Part shown: one piece after another, positions 41,064 through 52,655 of the stretch
Numbering within the stretch: the first letter of the stretch is position 1
Layout: the number at the start of each line of letters is the position of its first letter
NCBI GenBank assembly: GCA_951406725.2
Contig: OX597823.1
Span: forward strand, 44,702,001 to 44,766,000
Reading direction: 5' to 3'
Length of the DNA stretch: 64,000 nt
From: Octopus vulgaris
Taxonomy: Eukaryota
Notes under the pieces: model-generated
Databases searched by the model: none
What the model was told of the DNA's origin: nothing
The model's input: only the letters and a program-made list of their open reading frames with translations
Position numbers and translations under genes: made by a program

Positions 41064-42545
41064 AACTTAGATAAACTTAGATATGTTTCGACCAGAGATT
41101 GGTCCAGGCCATGTCTAACTTAATAGCACCACCTGATAGGATTATTCGAATCCTGTTTAAGTCAAGTTTTGTTCAAGTAGTGAGTTCTTGTTGGGTGAGT
41201 TGTATCCAGTTTTGTTCAAGTAGTGAGTTCTTGTTGGGTGAGTTGTATCCAATTATGGGTGGCTTATCTGGTATTCTTTGAAGGAATCTATCCAGACTCT
41301 GTTTGAAGTTGATGGGATCCTTTTCCTCTTTGATCTCCCTCGGGACAATGTTAAATAGGGCAGGGCCTGTTGAGGAAAAGAAATTATGTTGCAGTGTACA
41401 TGTATGTTGTGATCTTGAATTTGGCAGGGGACGTATAGCCCGTGGTCCAAGTCTCGGATGAACCTTGAAGCTAATGTTTAGGTCGTTTGGGTAAAGTTGG
41501 CGGTATATTTTCCACATCGTACAAATGATGTACCGCTCACGGCGACGCTGGAGGGAGTAAAGTTTCAAGGCTTTAAGGCGATCCCAATAGTCGAGAGCAG
41601 CCATGCCTTCAATTTGTTTAGTGAGAGCCCTCTGGGGTGACTCAATTCTGGAGATGTTTTGTCTTGTGTGAGGAGACCACAGTGGGCAGCAGTATTCAAG
41701 GTGTGGCCGTACAAAGGATGAAAAAAGTGGTATGATGACACCTTGTTCTCTGGACCGGAAAGTTCTTAAGATCCAGGAACTCATCCTACGAGCTGTATCG
41801 ACCTTCTTGTTGATGTGTGCACTCCAACTGAGATCGTCATCAACAATTACACCCAGGTCTCTGATATTGTTAGAGGCTGTGAGCGGTTCCCCTGAAGGAA
41901 GAGAGTATGGTTGTTTTAGTGAGGAATTTCTTTCAAAATGCATCAGCTCAAATTTTCCCTCATTCAGTTGCATTTTGTTTCTGTCTGCCCATTGACTCAC
42001 AGCATATAGGTCAGACTGGAGTTGAGTTCGGTCTGCTTCTTCATTGACGATTTGCTGGAGCTTAGTGTCATCAGCGAATATTTTCACTTTGCAGTGATGT
42101 ACGACACTGGAAAGGTCGTTTACATAAATTATGAAGAGTAGCGGACCCAAAATAGTTCCCTGGGGAACACCGCTGGTGACTTTTGCTGGGTTTGAGTGGA
42201 CTCCATCAACTACAACATGTTGTGTTCTATTCGCTAGGAAATACTGAATCCAGTGTAGAACTTTTCCACGGATTCCAACATTTGCCAATTTTGAGAGTAG
42301 GATGTTATGGTCTACCCTGTCGAACGCTTTACTGAAGTCAAGGTATATGACGTCAGAGTTCGAACCTGTTCCCAAGGCTTTGAGTACATCTTCAATGTGG
42401 TGTAAGAGCTGTGTTAGACAGTCCCTGCCACAGCGAAAGCCATGCTGATTTGAATTTAGGAGTTTGTGGGTCTCCAGGAAGTCAGCTATCCTTGATCTTA
42501 ACACTCTTTCAAACACTTTAATGATGTGGGAGGTGAGTGAGGACT
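41064..42545 (-). mobile_element. Young 5'-truncated CR1-group LINE with an uninterrupted RT ORF (41173-42516)
   Basis: 447-aa ORF with NQHGFR, YLDFSKAFDRV, SGVPQGTILGPLLF, IFADDTK, RDLGV, RPHLEYC and SLQRRRER. The frame extends upstream to SLTSHIIKVFER. 3' tail is (TATCTAAGTT)n. Confidence 0.95.
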
Positions 42546-44034
42546 TAAACTGGTATGTATGTATGTATGTATGTATGTATGTATGTATGTATGTATGTAT
42601 GTATGTATGTATGTATGTATGTATGTATGTATGTATGTGAGCATCTGTGTGAGGGTATGCGTGTGTGCGTAATAATGGTGGAAGTGCTGTCTTTCAATAA
42701 AAAAGGATTCTCTTTTCATTAAATATTTTAGAGTCGATTTCGCTATTTAGTTTATAATGCAGAATGCATCCCTGAGCAATTGGGTATCTCCTTTTCGTGA
42801 TTCTTTACTGTAGAATACACATGTTCAAAGTGCGGCATAACGAAATCAAACCAGGATCCGTGTGGTTGTAAAGCGAAATTTTTAATCTTAGAGCTATGTA
42901 AAAAGAATAAATTATTCTGGCTGGTTTAGGATTTGAAATTTCTGGCTTCATTCCTATCAAACTGACTTTACTTTTCTACTCTCAGCGCTTAATACAAACA
43001 CCTGAAATAAATTGTGTCGCAAAAAAAACAAAAAAATTAAATAAAAATAAATGTGAACTAACATGCCTTATGTAGGGAGTCCTAAACATTTTCTTTTTAA
43101 TCAACTGAAATTCCACGCGAATGACGAAAAAAATTATTGGCATTAATGCCAATTTTTATTGGAAAAGATAAGAGAGAGAACTCTGAAATTTAAATTAATT
43201 AAAAATTCAGTGAAAACACGTAGTGGAGAAGTTTCGTCAATGGACTGAACAATGATAACTCAGACAGGTTTCGTTCTTATCAGACTACCTGAGCGTACTT
43301 AACATGCGTTACAACAGTGGAGAAAGTGAAGATTTCGAGAGAAAAATATCAACTGAATAGACAATAAAAACAATGATATTAGAAATTTTCCTAGAGGCAG
43401 CATTATAAAACCAGACTTGTATTGTGGTGAAAAGAATCTTGTTATAGTTTTCTGTCACAAGACAGTTCTCATAACTGGATTTGCTTTTGATCCAGACATT
43501 GCTGATTTTGTAATGGATTCAAGGCACGTTAGGGTTTCTCGTTTTAATCTCTAAAAAATCGAGGCCTTGTGTCTATGGAGAATATACACATATATACACA
43601 CTCACAATCATCACTAACACACACACACACACACACACACTCACATTGCATTGTAGAAGAATCAGTTTAGCCATTTAAGACCATGCAAAAAGCTGATATG
43701 TTCATGTATCGGTTATTATCTCCGCCAAGAAAGAATGTTATGTTTTCATCTCTGTTGGTTAGTCCGTCTGTCCGTCTGTGTGCAAAATAACTCCAAAAGT
43801 TGTGAACGGTATTTGATGAAACTTGCAGGAAAAGTTGGTAATGACACAAGGAACAGATGATGGTAGGGATCTGGAAATTTTTATGGATTCTTGAAGGATT
43901 TTTCATTTGTTATATCTACTTAACATGATGTATTAGTGTTACGTTCTTTGATTATCTCCCTTGAAAACACGTTCATCATTTGGTGGCATTGCTGATTCCA
44001 AAGTATATTTTCGTTTCTCTTTGAGTAATTTTTT

Positions 44035-44425
44035 TTTTTGCCCACAAGGAACTAAACACAGAGGGGACAAACAAGGACAGACAAGGGGATTAAGTCGATT
44101 ACATCGACCCCATTGCGTAACTGGTACTTTATTTATCGACCCCGAAAGGTGAAAGGCAAAGTCGACTTCGGCGGAATTTGAACTCAGAACGTAACGGCAG
44201 ACGAAATACCTATTTCTTTACTACCCACAAGGGGATAAACATAGAGTGGACAAACAAGGACAGACATAGGTATTAAGTCGATTACATCGACTCCAGTGCG
44301 TAACTGGTACTTAATTTATCGACCCCGAAAGGATGAAAGGCAAAGTCGACCTCGGCGGAATTTGAACTCACAACGTAACGGCAGACGAAATACCGCTTAG
44401 CATTTCGCCCGGCGTGCTAACGTTT
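44035..44425 (-). mobile_element. SINE family B dimer with TSD
   Basis: Two ~175-bp units flanked by TCTTTGAGTAATTTT direct repeats. Confidence 0.88.
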
Positions 44426-44484
44426 CTTTGAGTAATTTTACTGGCGTATCTATCTCAAAGTGAGCTGCTTGGCGGAGGTCTGCG

Positions 44485-44975
44485 GATGATGACATGACAA
44501 GCCATGACTATTGGGATCGACTCAAAAAGCTCAGGCTTTACTCCCTCCACCGCCGCTGTGAGCTCTATGTCATCTGTATGATGTGGAAAATATTCCATCA
44601 ACATTGCCCACCTTTAAAATTCGTCCGAGGCATGGCCCCCGTGTCATCCGTCCACTACAGAAATGCTCGTGTTGTAGCACAACACTATTACAGAACTATT
44701 TCGCCTCAATTGACCCTGCTCTCTTCAACATCGTGCCAGACATACATAAAGGAGGAAAGTGATTTCACGGCATTCAAACGATCCCTAGATTATTACCCCC
44801 AACAAATACCAGATAAACCACCAAAACCCAGATATGTCTCTGAAAACAATAACCCTCTGCTTGAATGGGCTACGGTTCTCCAGAGCTCACTGTGTATCTC
44901 TTCCAGGTGGTGCTATTAAATTTAAAATGGCCTGAGTCAACTTCGGCTGAAACTTATCTAAGTTATCTAATCTAT
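44485..44975 (+). mobile_element. Older 3' fragment of a CR1-group LINE related to 41064-42545
   Basis: DYWDRLKKLRLYSLHRRCE...FKRSLD...IPDKPP, GGTGGTGCTATTAA and a TATCTAAGTT tail. Confidence 0.88.
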
Positions 44976-46388
44976 ACTGTAAATTTTAAATCAAAGCATA
45001 AGAACGTGGATAGAGGCTGATATCTTAACATTTTGGAAGGTCTTGAGTATAAAAAAAAAGATTATTAAAGATTTATATAGATCTACATTCAGAGTATGAC
45101 TATAAGCTATTGTGTTTAAACCTGGTTTCTATCCTCAAACTGTTCCGTTTTGTAGATGCAATTTTTTTTTTAAATAATGCACTCCGAAATTAGGAAAGTC
45201 AAAAATCTGCAACAATCTCGGTCCCATGAGTATCGGATAACGGATTTTCAACTATGAAAAGAAACTGATTGTGGTGATCGTAGTTTTGACGGTGATTGTG
45301 GTGAAAGCAGAGACAGTGTTGATGATGACGATGGTCAAGATAAGTATGGGAGGAGGATAAAACAGTGTCGTGGTTATAATGGTGACAGGAGCAGAGTGAT
45401 ATGTGATGCTGAGATGATGGTGGTAATAGTGGCGTTGATGATTGTGTTAGTTGTGTGAATAGGGTATTGTAGTGGTTATACTGGTTGTGGTGGTGAAAGT
45501 GACTGTCAAGGTAACCGTCACGATAACGTCGATGTCGGTGTATGTGGTTGAAGTGGAAGCAATGACAATGCTGCTGGTGGTTGTGGTGGTGGTGATAGTG
45601 GTAGGATAGTTGTACTGGTGATTGTGATATGGTGGTTGTGGTGGTCGTCATCATCGCCGTCGTCGTCGTAGTGCTGCTCCTGCTGGTTTGGCGGAGGTCT
45701 GCGCTCTCTGAGTGCTTTTCTAGTTTTGTAATAATACAGTTTATTATGAAGTGTCAAACAGTTTCGTCGCACTTCTGATAATCAGAGGCTCTGGACCCAC
45801 CCACCCCCCGTCACACACACACACTCGAACTATATTATATAACGCGATTCTAAGATAAATTTAAAGTAGATACAGTTTTTAAGCCTTTCACCTTTCACCG
45901 TGAAGCTTCACACAGATATGTATATATCTTATTCCTCTCTAGGTAGATAAAATAATAAAGAGGTTGCTGTGATATGTTTCACGATTTGTAGAACCCTCAT
46001 CAGAAGGTAACATCCTCTCATTCCTATCTCTACGAAGAGATCTTATAACAAATCGTTATTAAAATCACTCACAATCTGAAACTTAGCTGTAATGGCTAAA
46101 CTAAGATGCATATCGTACGTTTGTCGGTAGCAGGATTAAATAATTGTTAAATATTCATGCGCAACACACTGTGCATTTGAAAATACAAGATTAAGGCTTA
46201 AAAACCATTTAACTATTTAACGAATTTGAATCTATCTTTAGTTTTCTAATACGCACTGTGTATAAGAAATACATTAATATTAATTATTAATAAAACAACT
46301 ATTTTTACAATACATTTCTACTAATTTTCATGCCTGTATTTTTTTCCTCATAAGGCGTGGCTGTGTGGTAAGAAATTTGCTTCTAAAC

Positions 46389-46724
46389 CAGTAGTTCTCA
46401 ACTGGGGTCCATGTGACCCCTGTTAAGATTTTTGGGAGTCCACGCAACAAAATAGTAAATTGGGGATCCACAATAGTATTTCAAGGGCCCCTGAAAAAAT
46501 TTTGATTTAGCTGTATGTATTGGTATATATTGCAAGAAACAGGTTTTTTTCTCTAAAGCTTTACATAAGTTCAACTTAAGTTAATGTGTGAAAAGCAAAA
46601 TAGGAATTTGGAAAGAAGTTTCTATAAAACTAATTTCCAAACAGCAAATGGCTATGGGGTTCCACCAAAATAAAATAGTGATCAAAGGGGTCCATAAAAA
46701 AAAAAAAATGTTTGAGAACCCTTG
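46389..46724. mobile_element. hAT-type MITE
   Basis: TIR CAGTAGTTCTCAA / TTGAGAACCCTTG with 8-bp TSD TTCTAAAC (46381-46388, 46725-46732). Confidence 0.85.
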
Positions 46725-46989
46725 TTCTAAACCATGTGCTCTTGAATTCAAGCCCATTGCGCGGTACCTGGGGCAACTAAAACCACGGGCCGACCAAGGT
46801 CTTGTGAGTAAATTCGGTAGACGGAAGCTGAAAGAAGCCCAGCTCACATACATATATACGCTTGACAACCGGTGTTGGTTTGTTTACGTCCCCACAACCT
46901 AGCGGTTCGGTAAAAGAGACTGACAGAATAAATACCAGGCATGAAAATAAAATGAAAATAATTCCTGGGATATATTTGTTCAATGAATC

Positions 46990-47234
46990 TAGTGATTCTC
47001 AATCAGGGTCCATATAAGATTTTGTTGTTAAAATTTATCTGCAAAAAATTACTTCTACTTGTAGAATACACAAAATATTTTAACATTTTTTAAATACAAT
47101 TCCTAATAATATTTAATTATAAAATTACAATAGGATTTTTTTTAAACATTGAATGGCTATGAAGGTCCATCCAAGTAAAATGATAATCTATGAGAAAGTG
47201 GAGTCCATGAGCTAAAACTAGTTGAGAATCACTG
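46990..47234. mobile_element. hAT-type MITE of the same family
   Basis: TIR TAGTGATTCTCAA / TTGAGAATCACTG. TSD is decayed. Confidence 0.75.
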
Positions 47235-47384
47235 GACTAGAACCTTCAAGGCGATGCCCCAGCATGGCTGCAGTCGAATGAATTATTATCGATTCTGCAT
47301 AAATCTCCAACGAGACATTGTGATTTTCTCTTTTTAATGTACTATGATTTATCGCCACAGAAGTTGTTGTTATTATCATTATCA

Positions 47385-47547
47385 TTTATTTCGTCTGCCG
47401 CCACGCTCTGAGTTCAAATTCCACCGAGGTCGACTCTGCCTTTCATCCTTTCAGGATCGATAAATTAAGTACCAGTGAAACGTTGGGTTGATGTAATCGA
47501 CTTATCCCCTCCCCCAAAATTGTTTCCCTTGTGACAAAATTTGAAAC

Positions 47548-47597
<50 letters not shown>

Positions 47598-48321
47598 TTA
47601 TTTATTTATTTATTTATTTATTTACTTATTTATTTATTTCGTCTGTCGCTACGTTTTGAGTTCAAGTTCTGCCGAGGTTGACTTTTCCCTTCCATCCTTT
47701 TAGGGTCGATAAATTAAATACCAGCGAATCACTGGGGGTCGATGTAATCGACTTACCCTCTCCCCCCAAATTTCAAGGCCTTGTGCCTTCAGTAGAGAGG
47801 ATTATTATTATTAAAAAGGCGGCGAGCTGGCAGAATCGTTAGCACACCGCGCAAAATGCTCAGAGGTATTTCGTCTGTCTTTATGTTCTGAGTTCAAATT
47901 CCGCCAAGATCGAGATTGCCTTCTATCCTTTCGGAGTCGATAAATTAAGTATCAGTGAAACAATAGGGTCGATGTGATCGATTTAACCCCTCCCCATGAA
48001 TTTTGGATTTTGTGCCTATAACAGAAAATATTATTATTAAGGCGACGAGCTGACCAGAATCGTTAGCGAGCTGGACGAAATACTTAGTGGTATTTCGCCT
48101 ATCTCTACGTTCTGAGTTAAAATTCCGCCGAGGTGACTTTGCCTTTCATTCTTTCGGGATCGATAAAATAAGTACCAGTGAAACACTAGGGTCGATGTAA
48201 TCGACTCTTCCTCCAACTCCAAAATTTGCTGTCCTTGTGGCAAAATGTGAAACCATCATTATTATTATTGATATTAAAAAGGCGGTGGCCAGGCAGAAAT
48301 GCTTAGCGCCATTATTATTAC

Positions 48322-48367
<46 letters not shown>

Positions 48368-49041
48368 TAAAAGGCGATGGGCAGGCGAAATGCTTAGCGG
48401 CATTTCGTCCGCCTTTACGTTCACATTCTGCTGAGGTCGACTTTGCCTTTCATCCTTTCGGGGTTGATGAAATAAGTACCAAGTGAAACACTGGAGTCGA
48501 TGTGATCGACCTAACCTCTCCTCACTAATTTCAGACCTTGTGCCTATAATAGAAAGGATTATCATTAAGGCGGTGAGTTGGCAGAATCGTTAGCTTTCCG
48601 GGCGAAATGCTTAGCGTTATTTCGTCCGTCTTCATGTTCTGAGTTCAAATTCCGCCGAGGTTGACTTTGCCTTTCATCCTTTTTGGGGTCGATAAAATAT
48701 GTACCAACTGAGTAGTGAAGTCAATGTAATCGACTATCCTCCTCCTTCAAATTTCAGGCCTTGTGCCTATAGTAAAAAGGATTATTATTATTATTATTAA
48801 AAAGGCGGCGAACTTCAGAATCGCTAAGCACGCCGGGCGAAATAGTGATATTTCGTCTGCCGCTATGTTCTGAGCTCAAATTCCGCCAAGGTCGTTTGCC
48901 TGTCATCCTTTTGGGTGCCGATTGAATAAGTACCAGTTACGAACTAGAGTCGATGTAATCGATTTAATCCTTCCCCCACAAATTTGAGGTGTTATGCTTA
49001 TAGTAGAAAGGATTATTATTACTATTATTATTATTATTATA

Positions 49042-49094
<53 letters not shown>

Positions 49095-49549
49095 AAAGGA
49101 GGCAGAATCGTAGCACGCCGGGCGAAATGCTTACTGGTATTTCGTCTGTCTTTATGTTCTGAGTTCAAATTCCGCCGAAGTCGACTTTGCCTTTCATCCT
49201 TTTTGGGGTCGATAAAATATGTACCAACTGAGTAGTGAGGTCAATGTAATCGACTATCCTCCTCCTTCAAATTCCAGGCCTTGTACCTATAGTAAAAAGG
49301 ATTATTATTATTAAAACGGCGGCGAGCTGGCAGAATCGCTAGCACGCCGGGCGAAATAGTGATATTTCGTCTGCCGCTATGTTCTGAGTTCAAATTCAGC
49401 CAAGGTCGTTTGCCTTCCATCCTTTTGGGGGTCGATTGAATAAGTACCAGTTACGAACTGGAGTCGATGTAATCGACTTAATCCCTCCCCACAAATTTGA
49501 GATGTTATGCTTATAGTAGAAAGGATTATTATTACTATTATTATTATTA

Positions 49550-49589
<40 letters not shown>

Positions 49590-49750
49590 AAAGGAGGCAG
49601 AATCGTTAGCACGCCGGGCGAAATGCTTACCGGTATTTCGTCTGTCTTTATGTTCTGAGTTCAAATTCCGCCGAAGTCGACTTTGCCTTTCATCCTTTCG
49701 GGGCGGATAAATTAAGTACTAGTTGCGTCCTGGGGTCGATTTAATCTCCA
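47385..49750 (+). repeat. Head-to-tail array of about ten SINE family B copies with (ATT)n spacers
   Basis: Repeated GGCGAGCTGGCAGAATCGTTAGC...GAGTTCAAATTCCGCCGAGGTCGAC...TTGTGCCTATAGTAGAAAGG units. Confidence 0.93.
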
Positions 49751-50085
49751 AAAATTCGGGCTCAAATGGTTGTTTAAGAATGTTGAACGAAACACCCATG
49801 TTTCCAAAGGTGAATTATTCAAACCCCAGAGAATTCCTCTCAACACATGGCTCTGATGCTCCCCCACTACTTCTGCACGTGATCAGAGATGCACATGTCG
49901 TCAGCCACTAATGGACCTGCTCAACTGGTTATGGTCAAACAACTGACAAGCAGATTTGTGGTACTGAGCTGAATATTTGTTGTAGCCCACCTTTTATACT
50001 AAGACAAAACAATGTACATGATAACACTTACAATCCGTTAAGATGAAAAGCCACGAAAGCCACTGCCTGGTACTGCATCAAGGCA

Positions 50086-50131
<46 letters not shown>

Positions 50132-50142
50132 CCATCACCACC

Positions 50143-50275
<133 letters not shown>

Positions 50276-50877
50276 CTCTGCAACACAGTGTAGGTAAAAT
50301 GCAGCGGATCCTTAGTCATCTGTCAAGTCATAACAAGGACTTCAGACAAATAGTACTTTCCTTAATATGTGCGCTGTGCCCAATAAGGCTGCTTTTTGCA
50401 AGACATCAATCTTGCATGGAGTTTCCAGTTGCCTTAAGAAGTTTTGAAGTTTCAATGCGATCCAGCCCAACCACTGGTATCAGTTTTACATTACCCTCTC
50501 GCATTCCATACAGTCTTGCCATTTCCACTTTCAGTCCGGAGTACTTGGTGATTTTTTTCAACCTCTTTACTCACAACATTCATGTCATTTGGTATTGCTA
50601 CATCAATGATCTGACAGTATTTGTCTCTCTTATTCAATATGACCATATCCGGCCGACGGTGTTCGATTACACGATCCATCTGAAAAATCATAGTCCCAGG
50701 GTATCGTTACTTTTCCTTCCTCCTGTATAGCGTTACTTGGTACATGCTCATACCAGTTATCGGTTACTTCATATTGGTATTTACGGTATAAGAGCCAATG
50801 AAGATACACACACACACACTTTATCGTGGCGGCGCTTGTATTCTTTTTGTGCAAGGCTCTCACATCCACTTACCATA

Positions 50878-50880
<3 letters not shown>
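50276..50880 (-). mobile_element. R4/Dong-clade non-LTR retrotransposon 3' fragment (restriction-like endonuclease)
   Basis: MVSGCESLAQKEYKRRHDKV...HW...WYEHVP...WDYDFQMDRVIEHRRPDMVILNK....IIDVAIP, with (TAA)n on both sides. Confidence 0.88.
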
Positions 50881-50942
<62 letters not shown>

Positions 50943-50956
50943 TATTATTACTATTA

Positions 50957-51047
<91 letters not shown>

Positions 51048-51456
51048 TAATGTTGTTGTCGTTATCATCATGATTATTGTTGTTTATTATTTATATTACA
51101 CTCCATTTAACACAAGAATTTCGAAGCATGGCTATTCATGACAATTAAACTATTATAACCATACCACCACCGTTGACATCAAAATTACCATCAACACAAA
51201 TTTTACAATAACAATCCCCACCACCACTACCACCACCACTACCACTACCACCACAACTACCACTGCCGTCGTCACTGCCACCACCACCACCACCACTAAC
51301 ACCACCACCATCGCCAGCATCTTATACCCGCCAACAACAACAACACTATTCTCATACTACCATTAATACAATCATTAGTACGATTGCTATTATTATCTAT
51401 TCCCAAAACCAGCAGCAACAAGAACAACACCTACCTCTATTGTTACCACCACTACC

Positions 51457-51488
<32 letters not shown>

Positions 51489-52157
51489 CCATAACCATTA
51501 CAACTGTTAAACGAACCCACCACCACCGTTTTCGCTACTTGAGCTGGATGTCACAGTCTGTTTCCTGCGAGATAGTTTGGTGACAATTTAACGGAAATTA
51601 GGGAAGGTGGGATGATGATAAAAGATGAGCTCAGTACACACGAATGAGAGTGAGAGCGGTGACCGTAGTGGTGGTGGTGGTGGTGATAGTGATGTGTGCG
51701 CGCGCGAGTGTGCGTACGTATATTTATATTATTGCGCCCTTCATCCTTTTCAATTATACATAAAAATGTACCAGCTCAAGAAATTGTAATTAAAATTACG
51801 CTTTATCGTATTGAGAATAGCAATTTTCTACATCACTAATTCGGATAATAGGTAGATAATTAAATAAATAAAAAGCTAGGAGAGACAATCCCGGAATTTT
51901 AATTAAAATTAACTAAAAATGAGACGTAGTAAAGTAAGTGGGTAGGGTTTCATCTTTAACATTTCTGATACAACTGCAGGCCTGTTTCTGCCTTATTGAA
52001 CTTTTTCAACGAAGTATAGTCTACCCTAGTGATTTTCAATTTTTTTTGACTTCATAGTTTTTGACTGGAGATTATATATGAAAATTACTCGAATATTTCA
52101 CAGGGAAAGTTATGAAAAACTGTTTTAGAATTAAAAGTTTAGACATATTTTTTTTAT

Positions 52158-52655
52158 CTTTTACTTGTTTCAGTCAATGGACTGCGGTCATGTTGGATGC
52201 ACTGCCTTGAAGGGCTTTAGTCGAACAAATCGACCCAAGGACTAATTATTTTTAAAGTCTGGTACTTATCGCATCGGTCTCTTTTGCAGAACCATAAAGA
52301 GGACGTAAACAAAGCCAACACCGGTTGTGAAACGGGGTGGGGTGGGAGACAGGCAAAAACACAGACAAAACACACGTATACATACGTACGTTCGTACATA
52401 CATATATACATACATACATACATACATACATACATACATACATACATACATACATACATACATACATACATACATACATACATACATACATACATACGTA
52501 TGATGGGCTTCTTTGTTTCCGCCTGCCAACTTCACTCAGTAAACTCAGTAGGTCCGGGGTTATAGTAGAAGACACTTTCCGAAGGTGCCACGTAGTGGGA
52601 CTGAACCCCAAACTGCGTGGCTGAGAAACAAATTTCTAACCACACAGCCACACCT
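52158..52655 (-). mobile_element. SINE family A with an expanded internal (TACA)n
   Basis: Colinear with other family A copies. Confidence 0.82.

Larger units (their letters stand above)
43714..45723 (+). mobile_element. Helentron-associated (HINE/DINE-like) element with nested inserts
   Basis: 5' TTATCTCCGCCAAG, GTCCGTCTGTCCGTCTGT microsatellite, subterminal inverted CTTGGCGGAG, and 3' GCGCTCTCTGAGTGC hairpin followed by CTAG. Confidence 0.6.
46352..47280 (+). mobile_element. SINE family A carrying two nested MITEs
   Basis: The SINE segments rejoin when 46389-46724 and 46990-47234 are removed. Confidence 0.8.

Noticed and set aside
45199-45654. His-rich 151-aa ORF
   Set aside because: Decayed GTG/GAT low-complexity tract with no splice signals or domain.
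47385-49750. CRISPR-like repeat-spacer array
   Set aside because: Units are ~200-bp SINE copies with (ATT)n linkers in eukaryotic DNA. There are no unique spacers and no cas genes.
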